Origin: a virus
Direction: 5' to 3' (one strand)
DNA: 36,939 bases
UHGV virus genome: UHGV-0114473
Positions 9,972 to 20,657 of this stretch are shown in pieces. The translations under genes and the position numbers were made by a program. The notes beneath the pieces were generated by a model. The model searched no databases. It was not told the DNA's origin and saw only the letters and a program-made list of their open reading frames with translations. Within the stretch, counting starts at the first letter, position 1; every line of letters begins with the position of its first letter.

Positions 9972-10672
9972 CAGTCAATCAGCCCATGTAATCTAAGTGC
10001 TGTTTCAAGCGCCAGAATACGCTGCCGCGCCTGCTGCAAACCTGTAGCGAGAGCCGCGACTTCGGATTGTGTGTACGTAGTGCCGACCGTGTATGACTGG
10101 TTAGCGTTGAATGAGCCAAGAAGAGGTGTACCTGTGGCTGCAGTCCATCCGGTATTTCTTGCTCCAACGACCTGAATTCCATCAACTGAATATGATGTTT
10201 TTACATCCAGCGGTGACGCAAGAGACTGCGATTCTGTTACGGTTTTCGATACGTAATCACTCTTAATGTCAGATACATCGCTTTCTACGCCATCCAGTCT
10301 TTGGTCAACAGTGACCAGATGCGCCTGAATATCGATAACCTCATCCAGCAAGTAATCAACATCGCTACGCAGTACGACTATCTTCCCTTCGGCAGTTGTT
10401 AACCTGACCTCAAGGAGATTTATCGCTTTTGTGTTTGCGGTGATTCTTGAATTGTGATCTGCCAGTTCGACGTCCTGTTCATCGTTTTTCACCTGAGCAT
10501 CGTAAGCGCCCTGACCAGCCTGATTTGCCTTCCCGGCAATTGCTCCGACATCAGCCCCCTGATTAATGACATACAGCAGGTAAGACTGGCTGAATATATT
10601 GCGTGGCAAAATTGAAGCATCAAGGCGCGTAGCCTGAACCGCGACAGGATTATTCAGTGATGAATCCGCCAT
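9971..10672 (-). CDS. Tail needle protein, P22 gp26-like
   Basis: 233 aa. N-terminus [73 protein letters not shown]… and C-terminus …[23 protein letters not shown]… closely match recalled P22 gp26. Confidence 0.85.
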   Translation of the reverse strand: MADSSLNNPVAVQATRLDASILPRNIFSQSYLLYVINQGADVGAIAGKANQAGQGAYDAQVKNDEQDVELADHNSRITANTKAINLLEVRLTTAEGKIVVLRSDVDYLLDEVIDIQAHLVTVDQRLDGVESDVSDIKSDYVSKTVTESQSLASPLDVKTSYSVDGIQVVGARNTGWTAATGTPLLGSFNANQSYTVGTTYTQSEVAALATGLQQARQRILALETALRLHGLID

Positions 10673-12090
10673 TACTCAATCCTTATCTGGCAGCCAGACA
10701 GAGTGACAGGTGACTTCGTGATAACGCGCAATTTGAAGCCAACATTTTTCCTGATGCGCCCGACTCGCTTCCACAAAACGCGTTTGTCGTAAACGAACGG
10801 TTCATTCTGCTCAATCATCTGCTCACGTCCGTAATTGATGCCGTCAGTTGTTGCAGAGAGAAAAAGGCGGTCGGCGTACTGCGCAACGCCAGTTGAAGAT
10901 TCAACTTCAAGGTCGAAAACTCTGGCGTTATCTGCTTTGAACAGTGGAGTAAACAGCAGGTGTTCCTGTTGCTTGTCGTACTGGCTGCTGATATCGAATT
11001 GCAATTTCCCGGTCACTGACTCCAGCTTATCGCCGCACGTTATCTGATTGCCTTCGTAAATGAAGTCGATAGCGCGGTACACATCGTCATACAGGCCTGT
11101 TTTCAGCACACACCATTGCGGACCATTGGCGCTTGAAGATGCGTCGTACACGAGAACATGGCGCGGAAGGTGGATAATCAGCAACTCATGAGCATCAAAT
11201 CGCAGCGATTCCATCACACCATCAGCCAGTTCATCAGCAGTGTAGGAGCGTAGTATTTTCTCAATGCTCGCGCTGGCGATTGGTGATACCTGACCGGAGC
11301 CGATGATATATACAGACGGCGCACCTGTTGCCGGATTGCTGATAAACGCATACGAATCAGCGAATGGCGTTTTGCAGTAAGTTCCGGCAATGCCTTTCTG
11401 CACCATCAGCGATGGTTGTGCAACATACAAAGCGGCACCAACGGTTGTTGCACCTGTCAGGGAAAAATATTCAATCGTCGATGAACCAAAGCAGACAATG
11501 AAGTCTCGCCATGTTCCGATTCCGATGATTCCGTCCGGCTGCGATTCTGCCCGATATTGTGCGCTGTAGCGGTCAGGATGCGATTCGTCTTCAAGGTCAG
11601 TGATAAACCATGAATCAGTTCCGTCTTTTGACCACGCATAACGCCCACGTAAGCGCGTAATGTCGCGAACCGAACCTAACTCATACTGCGTGAATCCGCT
11701 GTCTGTAGGCCAGTTTGAGACGGTTTTAACCGTGCCATCATAGCGATACTCGACCAGTTGACCATTAACGCCTACTGCCTGTGATGTCCTACCGTGCGCC
11801 ATTGATACGCGGCCACTTCCGGCGACGTCACCGACTTCACTTTCGCCTTTGTAGAGCTTTCCACCACACACACGATAAACAGCATTCTGCGCCATGTTGT
11901 ACTCGACGCCGCGCGATATACCGTTCACATCAGAACGTTTGGCAATGCCCGGGAATGAGCGAAGATATCCGCTGCTGTTCAGGATTTCTTTGGGTGTAGC
12001 CAGCATATTCACTGGCAGATAGTCGATATAGTCGGCGTTTCTAAAGTCTTTGCCGACACCTTTCATAAGCGGAAGTTGCTGAATCGGCAT
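10672..12090 (-). CDS. Tail accessory factor, P22 gp10-like
   Basis: 472 aa, the same length as P22 gp10, in the gp4-gp10-gp26 order. Confidence 0.8.
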   Translation of the reverse strand: MPIQQLPLMKGVGKDFRNADYIDYLPVNMLATPKEILNSSGYLRSFPGIAKRSDVNGISRGVEYNMAQNAVYRVCGGKLYKGESEVGDVAGSGRVSMAHGRTSQAVGVNGQLVEYRYDGTVKTVSNWPTDSGFTQYELGSVRDITRLRGRYAWSKDGTDSWFITDLEDESHPDRYSAQYRAESQPDGIIGIGTWRDFIVCFGSSTIEYFSLTGATTVGAALYVAQPSLMVQKGIAGTYCKTPFADSYAFISNPATGAPSVYIIGSGQVSPIASASIEKILRSYTADELADGVMESLRFDAHELLIIHLPRHVLVYDASSSANGPQWCVLKTGLYDDVYRAIDFIYEGNQITCGDKLESVTGKLQFDISSQYDKQQEHLLFTPLFKADNARVFDLEVESSTGVAQYADRLFLSATTDGINYGREQMIEQNEPFVYDKRVLWKRVGRIRKNVGFKLRVITKSPVTLSGCQIRIE

Positions 12091-12099
12091 TTATTCACC

Positions 12100-12561
12100 T
12101 CACGTACTCGGATCATCTTTCTCGATGTAAAACCGATTCCACGTAAACGCGCTTTTGTTACCACTACCGCGAGGCATGTCATTTCGCCGCTCAAGTGGTG
12201 GTATTTTGGTTAAAGCGATACAGATTGTCTGGTATGCGCTGTCAGCAGCGGTAAGGAGAGCATCTGACGGCTGAATGACGTTATCCATGCACACTTGCAC
12301 AGCGAGTTTCAAAGCGACGCCATCATTTGCCCATGCAGGGATACCTGAATCATCGTCAGGTAACGGCATGATGCCGTTTTCTGTATCCGCAAACTGATAT
12401 CCAAGCTCGATACCTTTCGCCTGCCATGCTGCCATCATGTCTTCGAGGTCATTAATGGCATCTTCAATTGCCTGAGGGTCGGCATCTGTCAACGTGGCAT
12501 TGGAATACAGCCCGGCTTTTCGTAAAGCCTTAAGAACGAGATCACCCTTCGTTTTCGCCAT
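12100..12561 (-). CDS. Head-to-tail adaptor/tail accessory factor, P22 gp4-like
   Basis: 153 aa at the gp4 position between coat and gp10. Confidence 0.7.
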   Translation of the reverse strand: MAKTKGDLVLKALRKAGLYSNATLTDADPQAIEDAINDLEDMMAAWQAKGIELGYQFADTENGIMPLPDDDSGIPAWANDGVALKLAVQVCMDNVIQPSDALLTAADSAYQTICIALTKIPPLERRNDMPRGSGNKSAFTWNRFYIEKDDPST

Positions 12562-12730
12562 CTTCTTCCGCCTTAGCCACTTTTTGCTTCTTTGCGGTTT
12601 CTTCAGGAGTTTTCACCCAACCTTTTTTCAGGTGAGATTTAACTTCTTCGTCATCAACAATGATGTAATCGACAGCAAACTGACCACAGGTGATCATGTT
12701 GCCAGGCTTATAGAGCATTGTTCGTGCCAT
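12542..12730 (-). CDS. Small hypothetical protein (62 aa) between coat and gp4
   Basis: ATG with a GGGAGA Shine-Dalgarno immediately after the coat terminator; MARTMLYKPGNMITCGQFAVDYIIVDDEEV…. Confidence 0.35.
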   Translation of the reverse strand: MARTMLYKPGNMITCGQFAVDYIIVDDEEVKSHLKKGWVKTPEETAKKQKVAKAEEDGENEG

Positions 12731-12741
12731 TGTCTTCTCCC

Positions 12742-12764
12742 AATAAAAATGGGGCCGAAGCCCC
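12742..12764 (-). terminator. Rho-independent terminator just downstream of the coat gene
   Basis: Minus strand: GGGGC-TTCG-GCCCC followed by ATTTTTATT, within 10 nt of the coat stop codon. Confidence 0.6.
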
Positions 12765-12771
12765 TCCAAAA

Positions 12772-14025
12772 TTACTGCCCGGCAATAACGATGCCCGTAT
12801 ATTCAGGAACAAGTACAGAGCAACCGTACAGAGTGGTGAAACGAGCAGTGGTTACGCCTTTGATGTGGTCGAAGGCGTAAGACATGATCAGCGTAGCGCC
12901 CTGCTCGGTGGTTGCTGTCATTACCTGTGGACCCTGACCAGTCGGGAACGCCAGTTTGCCGTACATCAGCTCAACAGAACCATCAGCCCAGAACAGGTTA
13001 GCAGGTGCTGCGTTCTTGTTGAGAATGGTGATTGCTGCTGATGCTGCCGGTTTGGCATCGACGTTTGCATATGGACGACTCGCAACATCGGCATTTTCAA
13101 CAGGGAGAATCTTTGGAGAGATTGTTACGGTAGTTCCGCTAACAGCCAGAACACGGAATACCTGCGGTTGCCCGGTGGTATCTTTTGTGATCTGGTGTAC
13201 GGAATTCACACCGGCAATGGTGAACGCATCACCAACCTGCAAGCCAGATGCAGATACCGTAATAGTCCCCTGTCGGTTATCAACTGGCATACCATTTGAA
13301 TCTTTCGCTTCAACCTTGTGTTCAGGTTGGCCTGATACTGTCAAGGATTCAGCGCTTCCTTTCGGTAATCGACCAGAAATATCGGTCTTGTAGCTATCAA
13401 AGGAAGCAACCGGAGGGATCTGCGCTTTTTCGTATGCTGTCAGGGTTGCGCCCTGAGCATAGGCACGGTGACCAAGCTCGCCAGCAAGATCTTTGTAGTT
13501 GAAGGGGTTCCAGAAAGAGCGACGGTTGATACCCTGAGGTACACCAATCGCCGTCATGGTGGCATCAATGCCTGCCGCACAGTTCCACAAATCACGGCCC
13601 TGTGTACCTGTGGTTGAGTCAGCCATCGTGATCACGTTAGTAGCACGCTGCGTGACCATGGAAATCAGGTCAGAGTCAATCTGTGCAGCAAGGCGCATAC
13701 CTGCGGCGCGACCAGCTTCAGTTTTATGTTCCGGGTCACGCATTTCACGCGCATCCAGAGTGTACAGAATGTTTTTCGGCTCCTTGAACACAGAAGGAAC
13801 AAGGCGCTGAACCAGTGCTGTTGGCGTTTTGCCGCTGAGATCGAGTCCTTCCTCAATGTTCATGTGGTAATGCTGCGGACGATACAGAACATCACCTGCT
13901 CGCTGCATTGCTGTATCACCGGGACGGAATTTTTTAGCGTTACGGGAAACTACGCAGGCGGCCTCAAAGCCTTCAACGTAGTTTTCGAACATGATTTCAA
14001 GGTCTTTTGCTAATTGGTTAGCCAT
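12772..14025 (-). CDS. Major capsid (coat) protein, P22/Sf6 type
   Basis: 417 aa (P22 coat 430 aa, Sf6 about 423 aa). Sits between scaffold and gp4. Confidence 0.85.
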   Translation of the reverse strand: MANQLAKDLEIMFENYVEGFEAACVVSRNAKKFRPGDTAMQRAGDVLYRPQHYHMNIEEGLDLSGKTPTALVQRLVPSVFKEPKNILYTLDAREMRDPEHKTEAGRAAGMRLAAQIDSDLISMVTQRATNVITMADSTTGTQGRDLWNCAAGIDATMTAIGVPQGINRRSFWNPFNYKDLAGELGHRAYAQGATLTAYEKAQIPPVASFDSYKTDISGRLPKGSAESLTVSGQPEHKVEAKDSNGMPVDNRQGTITVSASGLQVGDAFTIAGVNSVHQITKDTTGQPQVFRVLAVSGTTVTISPKILPVENADVASRPYANVDAKPAASAAITILNKNAAPANLFWADGSVELMYGKLAFPTGQGPQVMTATTEQGATLIMSYAFDHIKGVTTARFTTLYGCSVLVPEYTGIVIAGQ

Positions 14026-14043
14026 GCTTAATGCTCCGATAGG

Positions 14044-14937
14044 TTATTTTTTTGCCTTTTTAGCGGCGAAATACGGCGTCCAGTCACCAGTTTCCAGCGC
14101 CTTGGATTTCAATTTGTCGAGGTTGTTGATTACTGCGCCGTTGCTCCCCTTAACTGTCGGGGTTGTGGCTGCCGTGGTTTTTGCTTTTGGCATGATTCTG
14201 GCCTTAGATTCGATACGTTCCAGCAGACGACCAATTGCTACGGGGTTGGTAGCTTCTGCCAGTTGCTTGCGCAGTTCAGCGTTGCGACCAAGCGCCAGAA
14301 CAACGATTTCCGGCTTCTCTGACTCAAGAAGGATCATGTCCTGAATGTGAACAGGAACATCTTCGCGTACAGCCTGCTCTGCATCCTGGTAACCAGCCAC
14401 TTTCAGTGCTTTTACTCTATGCATGTAATTGGCTGCTTTCTGCTGAAGCGTTGCGGTACGCGCCTCTTCCTCTCGTTTCCGCTCTCGTACTTGCTCCTGG
14501 TACTTGCCGTTATCCTCTGCCCACTTAGCCATGCGTTGCTGGTAGATTTCTTCATCGAAACCGATGTCCTCATCGTCCAGTTTTGGCATTCGCGGTGGTT
14601 GAGTTATTACCGGCTGCTGCTCGACGGGTTTCTGAGACTGACGCATCAGCTCTTTCAGCTCGCGGTCTTTCTCTTTAATCGTCTTGCGCAGGTGTTTTAC
14701 CAGTCCATGCTCTGCGCCATCTTCGCTGGTTGGCGAATCCAGCTTTTCGTCACCAAAGTAGAATTCCTGTTCTGATTCGTCGTCATCAGTTTCAGTAGCT
14801 TCCTCTGCATCATTGCCGGAGGACTCACTGCCATCTTCTGTTTCGACTTCTTCAGCCAGTTCGACATCATCAGGAATCTGCTCTGACGCGTCGGTTTCGA
14901 TTTCAACTTCTGGTGTGTTTTCTGCCATCTGGTCCAT
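14044..14937 (-). CDS. Scaffolding protein
   Basis: 297 aa, highly acidic N-terminus, charged coiled-coil-like body, basic C-terminal helix (…DWTPYFAAKKAKK). Between portal and coat. Confidence 0.75.
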   Translation of the reverse strand: MDQMAENTPEVEIETDASEQIPDDVELAEEVETEDGSESSGNDAEEATETDDDESEQEFYFGDEKLDSPTSEDGAEHGLVKHLRKTIKEKDRELKELMRQSQKPVEQQPVITQPPRMPKLDDEDIGFDEEIYQQRMAKWAEDNGKYQEQVRERKREEEARTATLQQKAANYMHRVKALKVAGYQDAEQAVREDVPVHIQDMILLESEKPEIVVLALGRNAELRKQLAEATNPVAIGRLLERIESKARIMPKAKTTAATTPTVKGSNGAVINNLDKLKSKALETGDWTPYFAAKKAKK

Positions 14938-15027
14938 TTGTTACCCCTGTTTACTCGATGTTCAGCCCATCGGAAGGCAATAGGGTGCCAGGCCTCATAA
15001 AGACAGCCATTGCACGTTATGGGTTAA

Positions 15028-17226
15028 TTACTGCTGTGGTTGTTGCTGAGTTGATTTTTGCAGGATGCTGCTGATGTCCATGCGCTGCGCATGGCCCTGT
15101 GCCTGACTTTTCAGGACAAGCTCTGCATCAGCACGGGCATTGTCTCCTTGCTGTTGCTGGAACTGTCCGAGCAGTTTCAGAGCCTCACGGATATCAGATT
15201 TTTGCTGGCTATCGGCAGATGCGAGGATTTTCACAACATTTGCCGCAGCAACCTGAGCATCCGTCTGTGCCTGGAATGCTTTAACCTGAATGGCTGCCTG
15301 CTCGTTCTGCGCTTTCTGCAATTCAGCCTGACCAGCAAGAAGCTGACCTTGCGCAGCAACCATAGCCGGATCTGGCTGACTGGCCTGTTGTTGTTTCGCC
15401 TGCTCAACCATCTGCTGTTCTTCTGGCGTTCTCGGCTTGATAACTCCAGACAGAAGCAACTGATTGCGGTTGTATTCTTTAAGGTCGTCCATCCCTTCGC
15501 CGTCCATATTGTCGAGGATCATCGACGATACAAGGTCGTGTTTCGGCGTTCCGGGCGGGATAAGTGCCAGCATGGAAAGTAACGACTTAACCGTTGCATC
15601 ACGGCGAGTAGCGAACGACTGACCAACATCGACAGTCACTTCATAGTTACCCTGCGAAAGGTCGTTAAGCGCGATAACCTGCCCTGTCTGACGGTCAACC
15701 ACTTCACCAGTCATCAGCGCCACGTCATCGCTGCCGTCCTCATTAACGATACGCATCGGCGTATCACTGCCATAGACCTCACGCGCCATAGAAAGCCACA
15801 CAACGCCAGCGCGACGCATGGATTTAGCCATGTTGTCCATGTAGATATAGGACTGCGTATCCATCCGGTTAAAGATGCTATCAACGGTATCGGTGGCGAC
15901 GTTGCTCGGCATGTTCTCAAGCTGCGAAGCCCCGGTAATTTGCTGAATAGCCGTTCCGGTGTACTGCAATAGCCCGGCAAGAGCAGGAGGCATTTGTGTC
16001 GGAGGCGTATAACTGCTGACCTGAGCCTGCGCAGTAATATCGCCGTTTTTGTTTTTCAAACTGACCATCGGCAGGAACGCCGGGCGCTTTTTGTTGCGCT
16101 CCGCCCAATGAGTGGCTAGAGGACCAGGAATCATGTCAACATCAACTACAGGAATGCCATCACCGCCAGCCTGAGTGGCGTTATCTGCAATCATGGAAAC
16201 CATCAGGTTCTCAAGACGCTGTGCATCCATCGCTTTTGCAGCGTGGCCTTCGATTCGCTCCTGATTATCAACAAATGAGCGACGCCCATATACCGGGATG
16301 AGAGGAATATGTTCGCCAGGAATACGCTTCGGTTCTTCCAGCCATTCAGCGCCAGAAAGAAGACCGCAATAAACTCGGCGTTTCTTCACTGTCCGCTCGC
16401 CAATCAGTTCGAATGCGCCATCGGTTAGCTCGTCGACAATATCTTTGATTTGCTCTTCATCATAGATTGCCGTTTCTCCGCTAACAGGGTTGCGCCACGC
16501 CGTGAGCTTCACCTTCTCTATGCGAACTTCGTAGTAGCGTCCAACATAGATGGCATCGGGCGTTGACCAGTCATATTGAGTGCCAGTGTCATCACGAGAA
16601 AGGCTTGCCGCGGTGGAATCAGGGTATTCAGCCTCGAACGCTTTGGGCGTCATGGAGAACATTTCCATAGCCCACATAGCATCAGAGCGGTCATATTGCT
16701 TGCTGTCCTGATCGAAGAAGACGCATGTCGCCGGGTCGTAAACAGGAAGAAGGCTGATGCGTCGCTGCTCGTTACTTGGGTCCATTTCATCTTCGTAATC
16801 GGCACACATGCGGAAACAACCGAATCCGCCTGTTACAGCATCATCAAATGCGTTATCACACGCTTCGCCACCGGATGTTTCCTGATAGTCAGCGCGGAAT
16901 TTGCCGTTCATCTTTTCGGCTAACGCTTCCGATGCCTTATCGTCCTTCGGCCTGAATTTAACGCTGATGCGATTCTGTCGATACTCGCCAATGATGCGAT
17001 CACATTCACGGGAAATCTTATTCAGTTCAAAGCGCGGGTAATGCTCAAACCTGCCTTCATCAAATGAGTAACCAGCGTTTGTGCTGCCTTCCCACTGTGC
17101 GCCGGACACCCGGACGAAACGTTGAGCCTCAATAATCTGCTCACGCATATCCTGCGTTGCTGACCAGGCATTATCAAAGTTGCACAGCACCTTGCGATGC
17201 CAGTCAGTCATCTTTTTTTCTGCCAT
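15028..17226 (-). CDS. Portal protein
   Basis: 732 aa (P22 gp1 725 aa), immediately downstream of terminase large subunit, with a Gln-rich C-terminal barrel-like tail. Confidence 0.85.
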   Translation of the reverse strand: MAEKKMTDWHRKVLCNFDNAWSATQDMREQIIEAQRFVRVSGAQWEGSTNAGYSFDEGRFEHYPRFELNKISRECDRIIGEYRQNRISVKFRPKDDKASEALAEKMNGKFRADYQETSGGEACDNAFDDAVTGGFGCFRMCADYEDEMDPSNEQRRISLLPVYDPATCVFFDQDSKQYDRSDAMWAMEMFSMTPKAFEAEYPDSTAASLSRDDTGTQYDWSTPDAIYVGRYYEVRIEKVKLTAWRNPVSGETAIYDEEQIKDIVDELTDGAFELIGERTVKKRRVYCGLLSGAEWLEEPKRIPGEHIPLIPVYGRRSFVDNQERIEGHAAKAMDAQRLENLMVSMIADNATQAGGDGIPVVDVDMIPGPLATHWAERNKKRPAFLPMVSLKNKNGDITAQAQVSSYTPPTQMPPALAGLLQYTGTAIQQITGASQLENMPSNVATDTVDSIFNRMDTQSYIYMDNMAKSMRRAGVVWLSMAREVYGSDTPMRIVNEDGSDDVALMTGEVVDRQTGQVIALNDLSQGNYEVTVDVGQSFATRRDATVKSLLSMLALIPPGTPKHDLVSSMILDNMDGEGMDDLKEYNRNQLLLSGVIKPRTPEEQQMVEQAKQQQASQPDPAMVAAQGQLLAGQAELQKAQNEQAAIQVKAFQAQTDAQVAAANVVKILASADSQQKSDIREALKLLGQFQQQQGDNARADAELVLKSQAQGHAQRMDISSILQKSTQQQPQQ

Positions 17227-17227
17227 A

Positions 17228-18643
17228 TCAACCTACACCACAAGGAATTGAGTAACTGGAATAGTCGGGTTGCGCAGCCGACTCCGGGCAATGCATACAC
17301 ATCATCAACGCATCAGCCAGGTTAGGAGATGGAATACCGAGCTTCTGCTTCATTTCGACCTTAGTCATAAGCTCCAGCTTCCCGTTATTATTGAATTTGC
17401 GCTGAATCTGCGTCAGTTCTGCAAACAGCTTCTCCAGCATCTTCTCGCCTATTGCTTCTTTGTCGAAACTCAGCATGTCGTCGGGGTCTGCATACTCACC
17501 GTGGACAACCGCCCGATATGTCAGATACAGCCTGTCAGCCAGCGCGTAATAGAATTGCGCTCGCTTATTGCGGAATACATCGCCAATAGTACGAACGTTG
17601 TCACCCTGTACGACTTCATCAGCCCATGCTCCGGCCTGATACGGTGCATCTTCATCAAATGGCGATTCGCTTCCCTTGAACATCGTGGCGGTGATTTTCT
17701 TGCCGGAGAACGCTTCCGTTGTCTGTCTGCGTAGCCCAGCACCAACACCATCACCATCCCACAGGTAGTGGTCAGCGCCGTCTTCAATCGCCAGCGAAGT
17801 TGCCCAGTCAGCACCCTCGTTGATATCCATCAGCAGACCTTCGGCAATGCGCTTAACTACCGAACCGTGACGCGATGCATAACCTTTAGCATCTGGCCCT
17901 GTATCTGATGGATCATGTGCAGAAACAACAGCGCCTTTCGCTTTCCATCCTAGTTTCTTGTGCGCATCGGTTGCAGCTTCAAGCCATTCACGTTTGATGA
18001 TTGCCATATCACTTGCGCTTACCGGCTCACCAAGCCAGATGTGACGATACAGTGTCGGATTTCTGCGTTTGCACTCTTCCATCTCCAGACGGAGAACTTC
18101 AGGAAAATGCGGGTTGTCGGTGTAGTTCACCGTCAGCAGACAAATATCATCGGGAGGATTTACAACGAATCGCTGATAGGTATCGTCGAGGATGTTCTTA
18201 GGGTTGAAGCTCACCCATATTTCGGAAAACGGCTTGCGGATGGTTGGTATCAGGATATCCCACGATTCCTTTGTTACCGCTTCCGCTTCTTCCACCCAGC
18301 AGATATCAATGCCTTCGAGCGATTTAATCTTAGTCGGGTTGTTTTTTATGCCGTAGAACATGAATTCAGCATTCGTTCCGAGATGACGAATCATTGAACG
18401 CTGAATTTCAAACTCGGCCGAATACCCTTCACGCTCGATGGTATCTTCAAGCAACCGGATTACCGAATCACTGATACTGTTTTGCAGTTCACGAGCGCAG
18501 AGAATACGCACAGGCTGCCGACGCGACGCTTCAACAAGCAGTCTCGCGATTGCCCATGACTTACCGCTACCTCGACCGCCTTTGGCGACTTTGTAGCGAT
18601 GCGCCTCAATGAACGGTTCAAAGATAGGATTAATCGAGGTCAT
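17228..18643 (-). CDS. Terminase large subunit
   Basis: Walker A KGGRGSGKS near the N-terminus; 471 aa; overlaps the TerS stop (ATGA). Confidence 0.9.
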   Translation of the reverse strand: MTSINPIFEPFIEAHRYKVAKGGRGSGKSWAIARLLVEASRRQPVRILCARELQNSISDSVIRLLEDTIEREGYSAEFEIQRSMIRHLGTNAEFMFYGIKNNPTKIKSLEGIDICWVEEAEAVTKESWDILIPTIRKPFSEIWVSFNPKNILDDTYQRFVVNPPDDICLLTVNYTDNPHFPEVLRLEMEECKRRNPTLYRHIWLGEPVSASDMAIIKREWLEAATDAHKKLGWKAKGAVVSAHDPSDTGPDAKGYASRHGSVVKRIAEGLLMDINEGADWATSLAIEDGADHYLWDGDGVGAGLRRQTTEAFSGKKITATMFKGSESPFDEDAPYQAGAWADEVVQGDNVRTIGDVFRNKRAQFYYALADRLYLTYRAVVHGEYADPDDMLSFDKEAIGEKMLEKLFAELTQIQRKFNNNGKLELMTKVEMKQKLGIPSPNLADALMMCMHCPESAAQPDYSSYSIPCGVG

Positions 18644-19068
18644 TTTCCGAACAGAGTGCTCATCGGTGATGTTTCAATCTGGATTGCGCCGCCGTCTTTG
18701 CCGACAAGCTCGTTAGTTACCTTGTCGCCATACTTACGGGGATTCATTCGGGCCAGCGCCCATTTGCGGGTATCAACGCGAAGTCTTGCCTTTGCCACCT
18801 CAGCAGCATCTGGAATCGCATTGTCAGCAATTTCGAATATCTCTTCGAAAATAGAATCAGCTCGTGCCTCAGTTGCCTTCGCGTACTTGTCGCGAAAATC
18901 CTCATGCTTTGCCAACCAGCGGAAAACAGTGGACTTATCCGGCATACCAGGACGCTTACATACTTTCAGCAAACTTTCGCCAGAAGAAAGCAACGAGCAG
19001 ATATCGTCAGCCACCTCCGGCATATAATCAGAGGGGCGACCAGCTTTTGATTCAGTCGCCATATTCAT
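18640..19068 (-). CDS. Terminase small subunit (Sf6 gp1-like)
   Basis: MNMATESKAGRPSDYMPEVADDICSLLSSGESLLKVCKRPGMPDKSTVFRWLAKHEDFRDKYAKATEARADSIFEE… matches recalled Sf6 TerS. True start may be the second Met. Confidence 0.85.
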   Translation of the reverse strand: MNMATESKAGRPSDYMPEVADDICSLLSSGESLLKVCKRPGMPDKSTVFRWLAKHEDFRDKYAKATEARADSIFEEIFEIADNAIPDAAEVAKARLRVDTRKWALARMNPRKYGDKVTNELVGKDGGAIQIETSPMSTLFGK

Positions 19069-19097
19069 CTCACTTAGTTGTCATTTCAGGCTGAGCA

Positions 19098-19340
19098 TCA
19101 TGCTCCGGTGGTGAACAGGTCTAACGCTTCCTTCGATTTACGCACCGCTTCGATAGTGCGGGTCGTGATATCTGAATTAGCGCCACCTGACTGGAAGTGA
19201 ATTTTGAATAGCTCAAGCTTCAGCTCGTCAGTGCCAATGAATTGAAATGCTTCTTCTGCGGCTGCGTTCTGGTTCATGACCAGTTTGTAAATCTCTAACT
19301 GGAATTTCTGTTCTTCAGTCATGGGAATAATCTCTGCCAT
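19098..19340 (-). CDS. Conserved small phage protein upstream of terminase (80 aa)
   Basis: Clean ORF in the late operon directly upstream of TerS. Confidence 0.5.
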   Translation of the reverse strand: MAEIIPMTEEQKFQLEIYKLVMNQNAAAEEAFQFIGTDELKLELFKIHFQSGGANSDITTRTIEAVRKSKEALDLFTTGA

Positions 19341-19443
19341 TGTTGGCTCCGTTTATCCGTTAAAAGGGATATCAGTTAAGTTATCCCGTGTAGGGTATAA
19401 GCCATTATCAAAGCCACTCTGTAGGGAATGGCTTTTGTAATAA

Positions 19444-19824
19444 CTACTGTTCGCTTAGCTTCTGCTTCAGCAAGTAACCTTCGAGCATCCAGATTTTGTT
19501 TACAGCATTTTGCCGGGCAATCTTCCGACCAATTTCTGCATCAAAGTTTTCCGGGCTTGCACAGGCACTCTCTCCGGTGACGGTGAAGCCATTCTTCAGC
19601 ACCAGTACGCAGAAAGTGAGCAACTTCAATGGTGATAAATCACGATCGCCTTCTTCTGGTTTTTCCCTGCCACAATATTCGTTGCTGGAAATGGCACCAT
19701 TTCGTCCATCATAAGCAGTAAAGTAATGCTCGCTTTTAATCACGTCTTCGATGTGCTGCGGGGTAACTCGCGGAGCGGTTTTGCCTTTCTCAACGATTTC
19801 TTTTTCGATTTGCTGGTCGTTCAT
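19444..19824 (-). CDS. N4 gp49 / Sf6 gp66 family protein
   Basis: 126 aa; motifs …HYFTAYDG…LTFCVLVLKNGFTVTGESACASPENFDAEIGRKIARQNAVNKIW… recalled as the Phage_gp49_66 family. Confidence 0.55.
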   Translation of the reverse strand: MNDQQIEKEIVEKGKTAPRVTPQHIEDVIKSEHYFTAYDGRNGAISSNEYCGREKPEEGDRDLSPLKLLTFCVLVLKNGFTVTGESACASPENFDAEIGRKIARQNAVNKIWMLEGYLLKQKLSEQ

Positions 19825-20002
19825 AATTATGACCCTGTGGAGTGGTTGCTTGATTAGGATGTCTTTCCATCAGTCCGCCACCACAAAGAATCTTTTTTGC
19901 CATAAGGCAGGAGGTTCATCTTTCAGTGGCTGCCAGTGTTATTTCCCCACTTACTGGCTTGGGTTGTTTCGTGGTACTGCCGTTAATTGATGAGTCCGGG
20001 GA

Positions 20003-20488
20003 TTATTTCAGTTCGTTACCAGGCATTTCTTTTAGCTCTTTCAAATGACAACGATTGAGACTAAACCACTCCCCGTGCGACCTATAGTTGTAATATTTTT
20101 GGTGCAATTTGGTTTCAAGCTCTCTATCGGCCGGAATCTTTGCAATTAGATTTAGCTTCCCACCACTCATGCGAGATATCTCTGAAATTCGTTTATTAAC
20201 CCTGCGACTAAACCCTATTTTTGTTAGCCCACTATCTTCAGCATGCAGAACGTACACATATGATTTTTGCGAAGCACTGGGTGCGACTTTGTTGTAATTA
20301 ATCATGTCAAACATGAAGCCTTGCTTTAGCAAAGTTTCAAAAAAGATAGAATTAACACACCCATTCCTTCTCAGCTCTGCACTTAGCTTGTCAATTTCCT
20401 CTATGATGTCGCCAGACCCCTTTCCACTTATAAGAAAATCTTGGTACATGCGACCAATTCTTGAGGTAATTTCAACAAAGTTATTCAT
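20003..20488 (-). CDS. T5orf172 (GIY-YIG-like) domain protein with unknown N-terminal domain
   Basis: C-terminal half YVYVLHAEDSGLTKIGFSRRVNKRISEISRMSGGKLNLIAKIPADRELETKLHQKYYNYRSHGEWFSL fits the T5orf172/MUG113 pattern (YVY…KIG…R…GEWF). The gene is visibly AT-rich. Confidence 0.6.
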   Translation of the reverse strand: MNNFVEITSRIGRMYQDFLISGKGSGDIIEEIDKLSAELRRNGCVNSIFFETLLKQGFMFDMINYNKVAPSASQKSYVYVLHAEDSGLTKIGFSRRVNKRISEISRMSGGKLNLIAKIPADRELETKLHQKYYNYRSHGEWFSLNRCHLKELKEMPGNELK

Positions 20489-20632
20489 AGCGTTTACCTT
20501 TTAGAAAGATGAGCCTGTTCGCACAGAAAAGCCGCCCCGAGATGGTCGCCACCATATACGGCAGTTCTCAGGCTCAGCTTTCTGAAAGACTCGGGATTGT
20601 TACGCGCTGCGATGCGCGGTTTACTGCAGATG

Positions 20633-20657
20633 TAAAAAAGCCCCGCAAATGCGAGGC
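20633..20657 (-). terminator. Rho-independent terminator in the Rz-T5orf172 spacer
   Basis: Minus strand: CCTCGC-ATTT-GCGGGG (one G·U pair) followed by CTTTTTTACA. Confidence 0.5.

Noticed and set aside
9651-10175. 174-aa plus-strand ORF
   Set aside because: Lies entirely antisense to the gp14-like and tail-needle genes, which have strong homology support; a shadow ORF.
12956-13393. 145-aa plus-strand ORF inside the coat gene (and similar 13296..14344 ORFs)
   Set aside because: Antisense to the coat and scaffold genes; no ribosome-binding site and no recognisable motif.
15058-15582. 174-aa plus-strand ORF inside the portal gene
   Set aside because: Antisense to the well-supported portal CDS; Leu/Arg-rich shadow-frame composition.
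19400-19440. Hairpin AGCCATT…AATGGCTTTT as a plus-strand terminator
   Set aside because: No plus-strand gene ends upstream in this minus-strand late operon, and the T-run is short.
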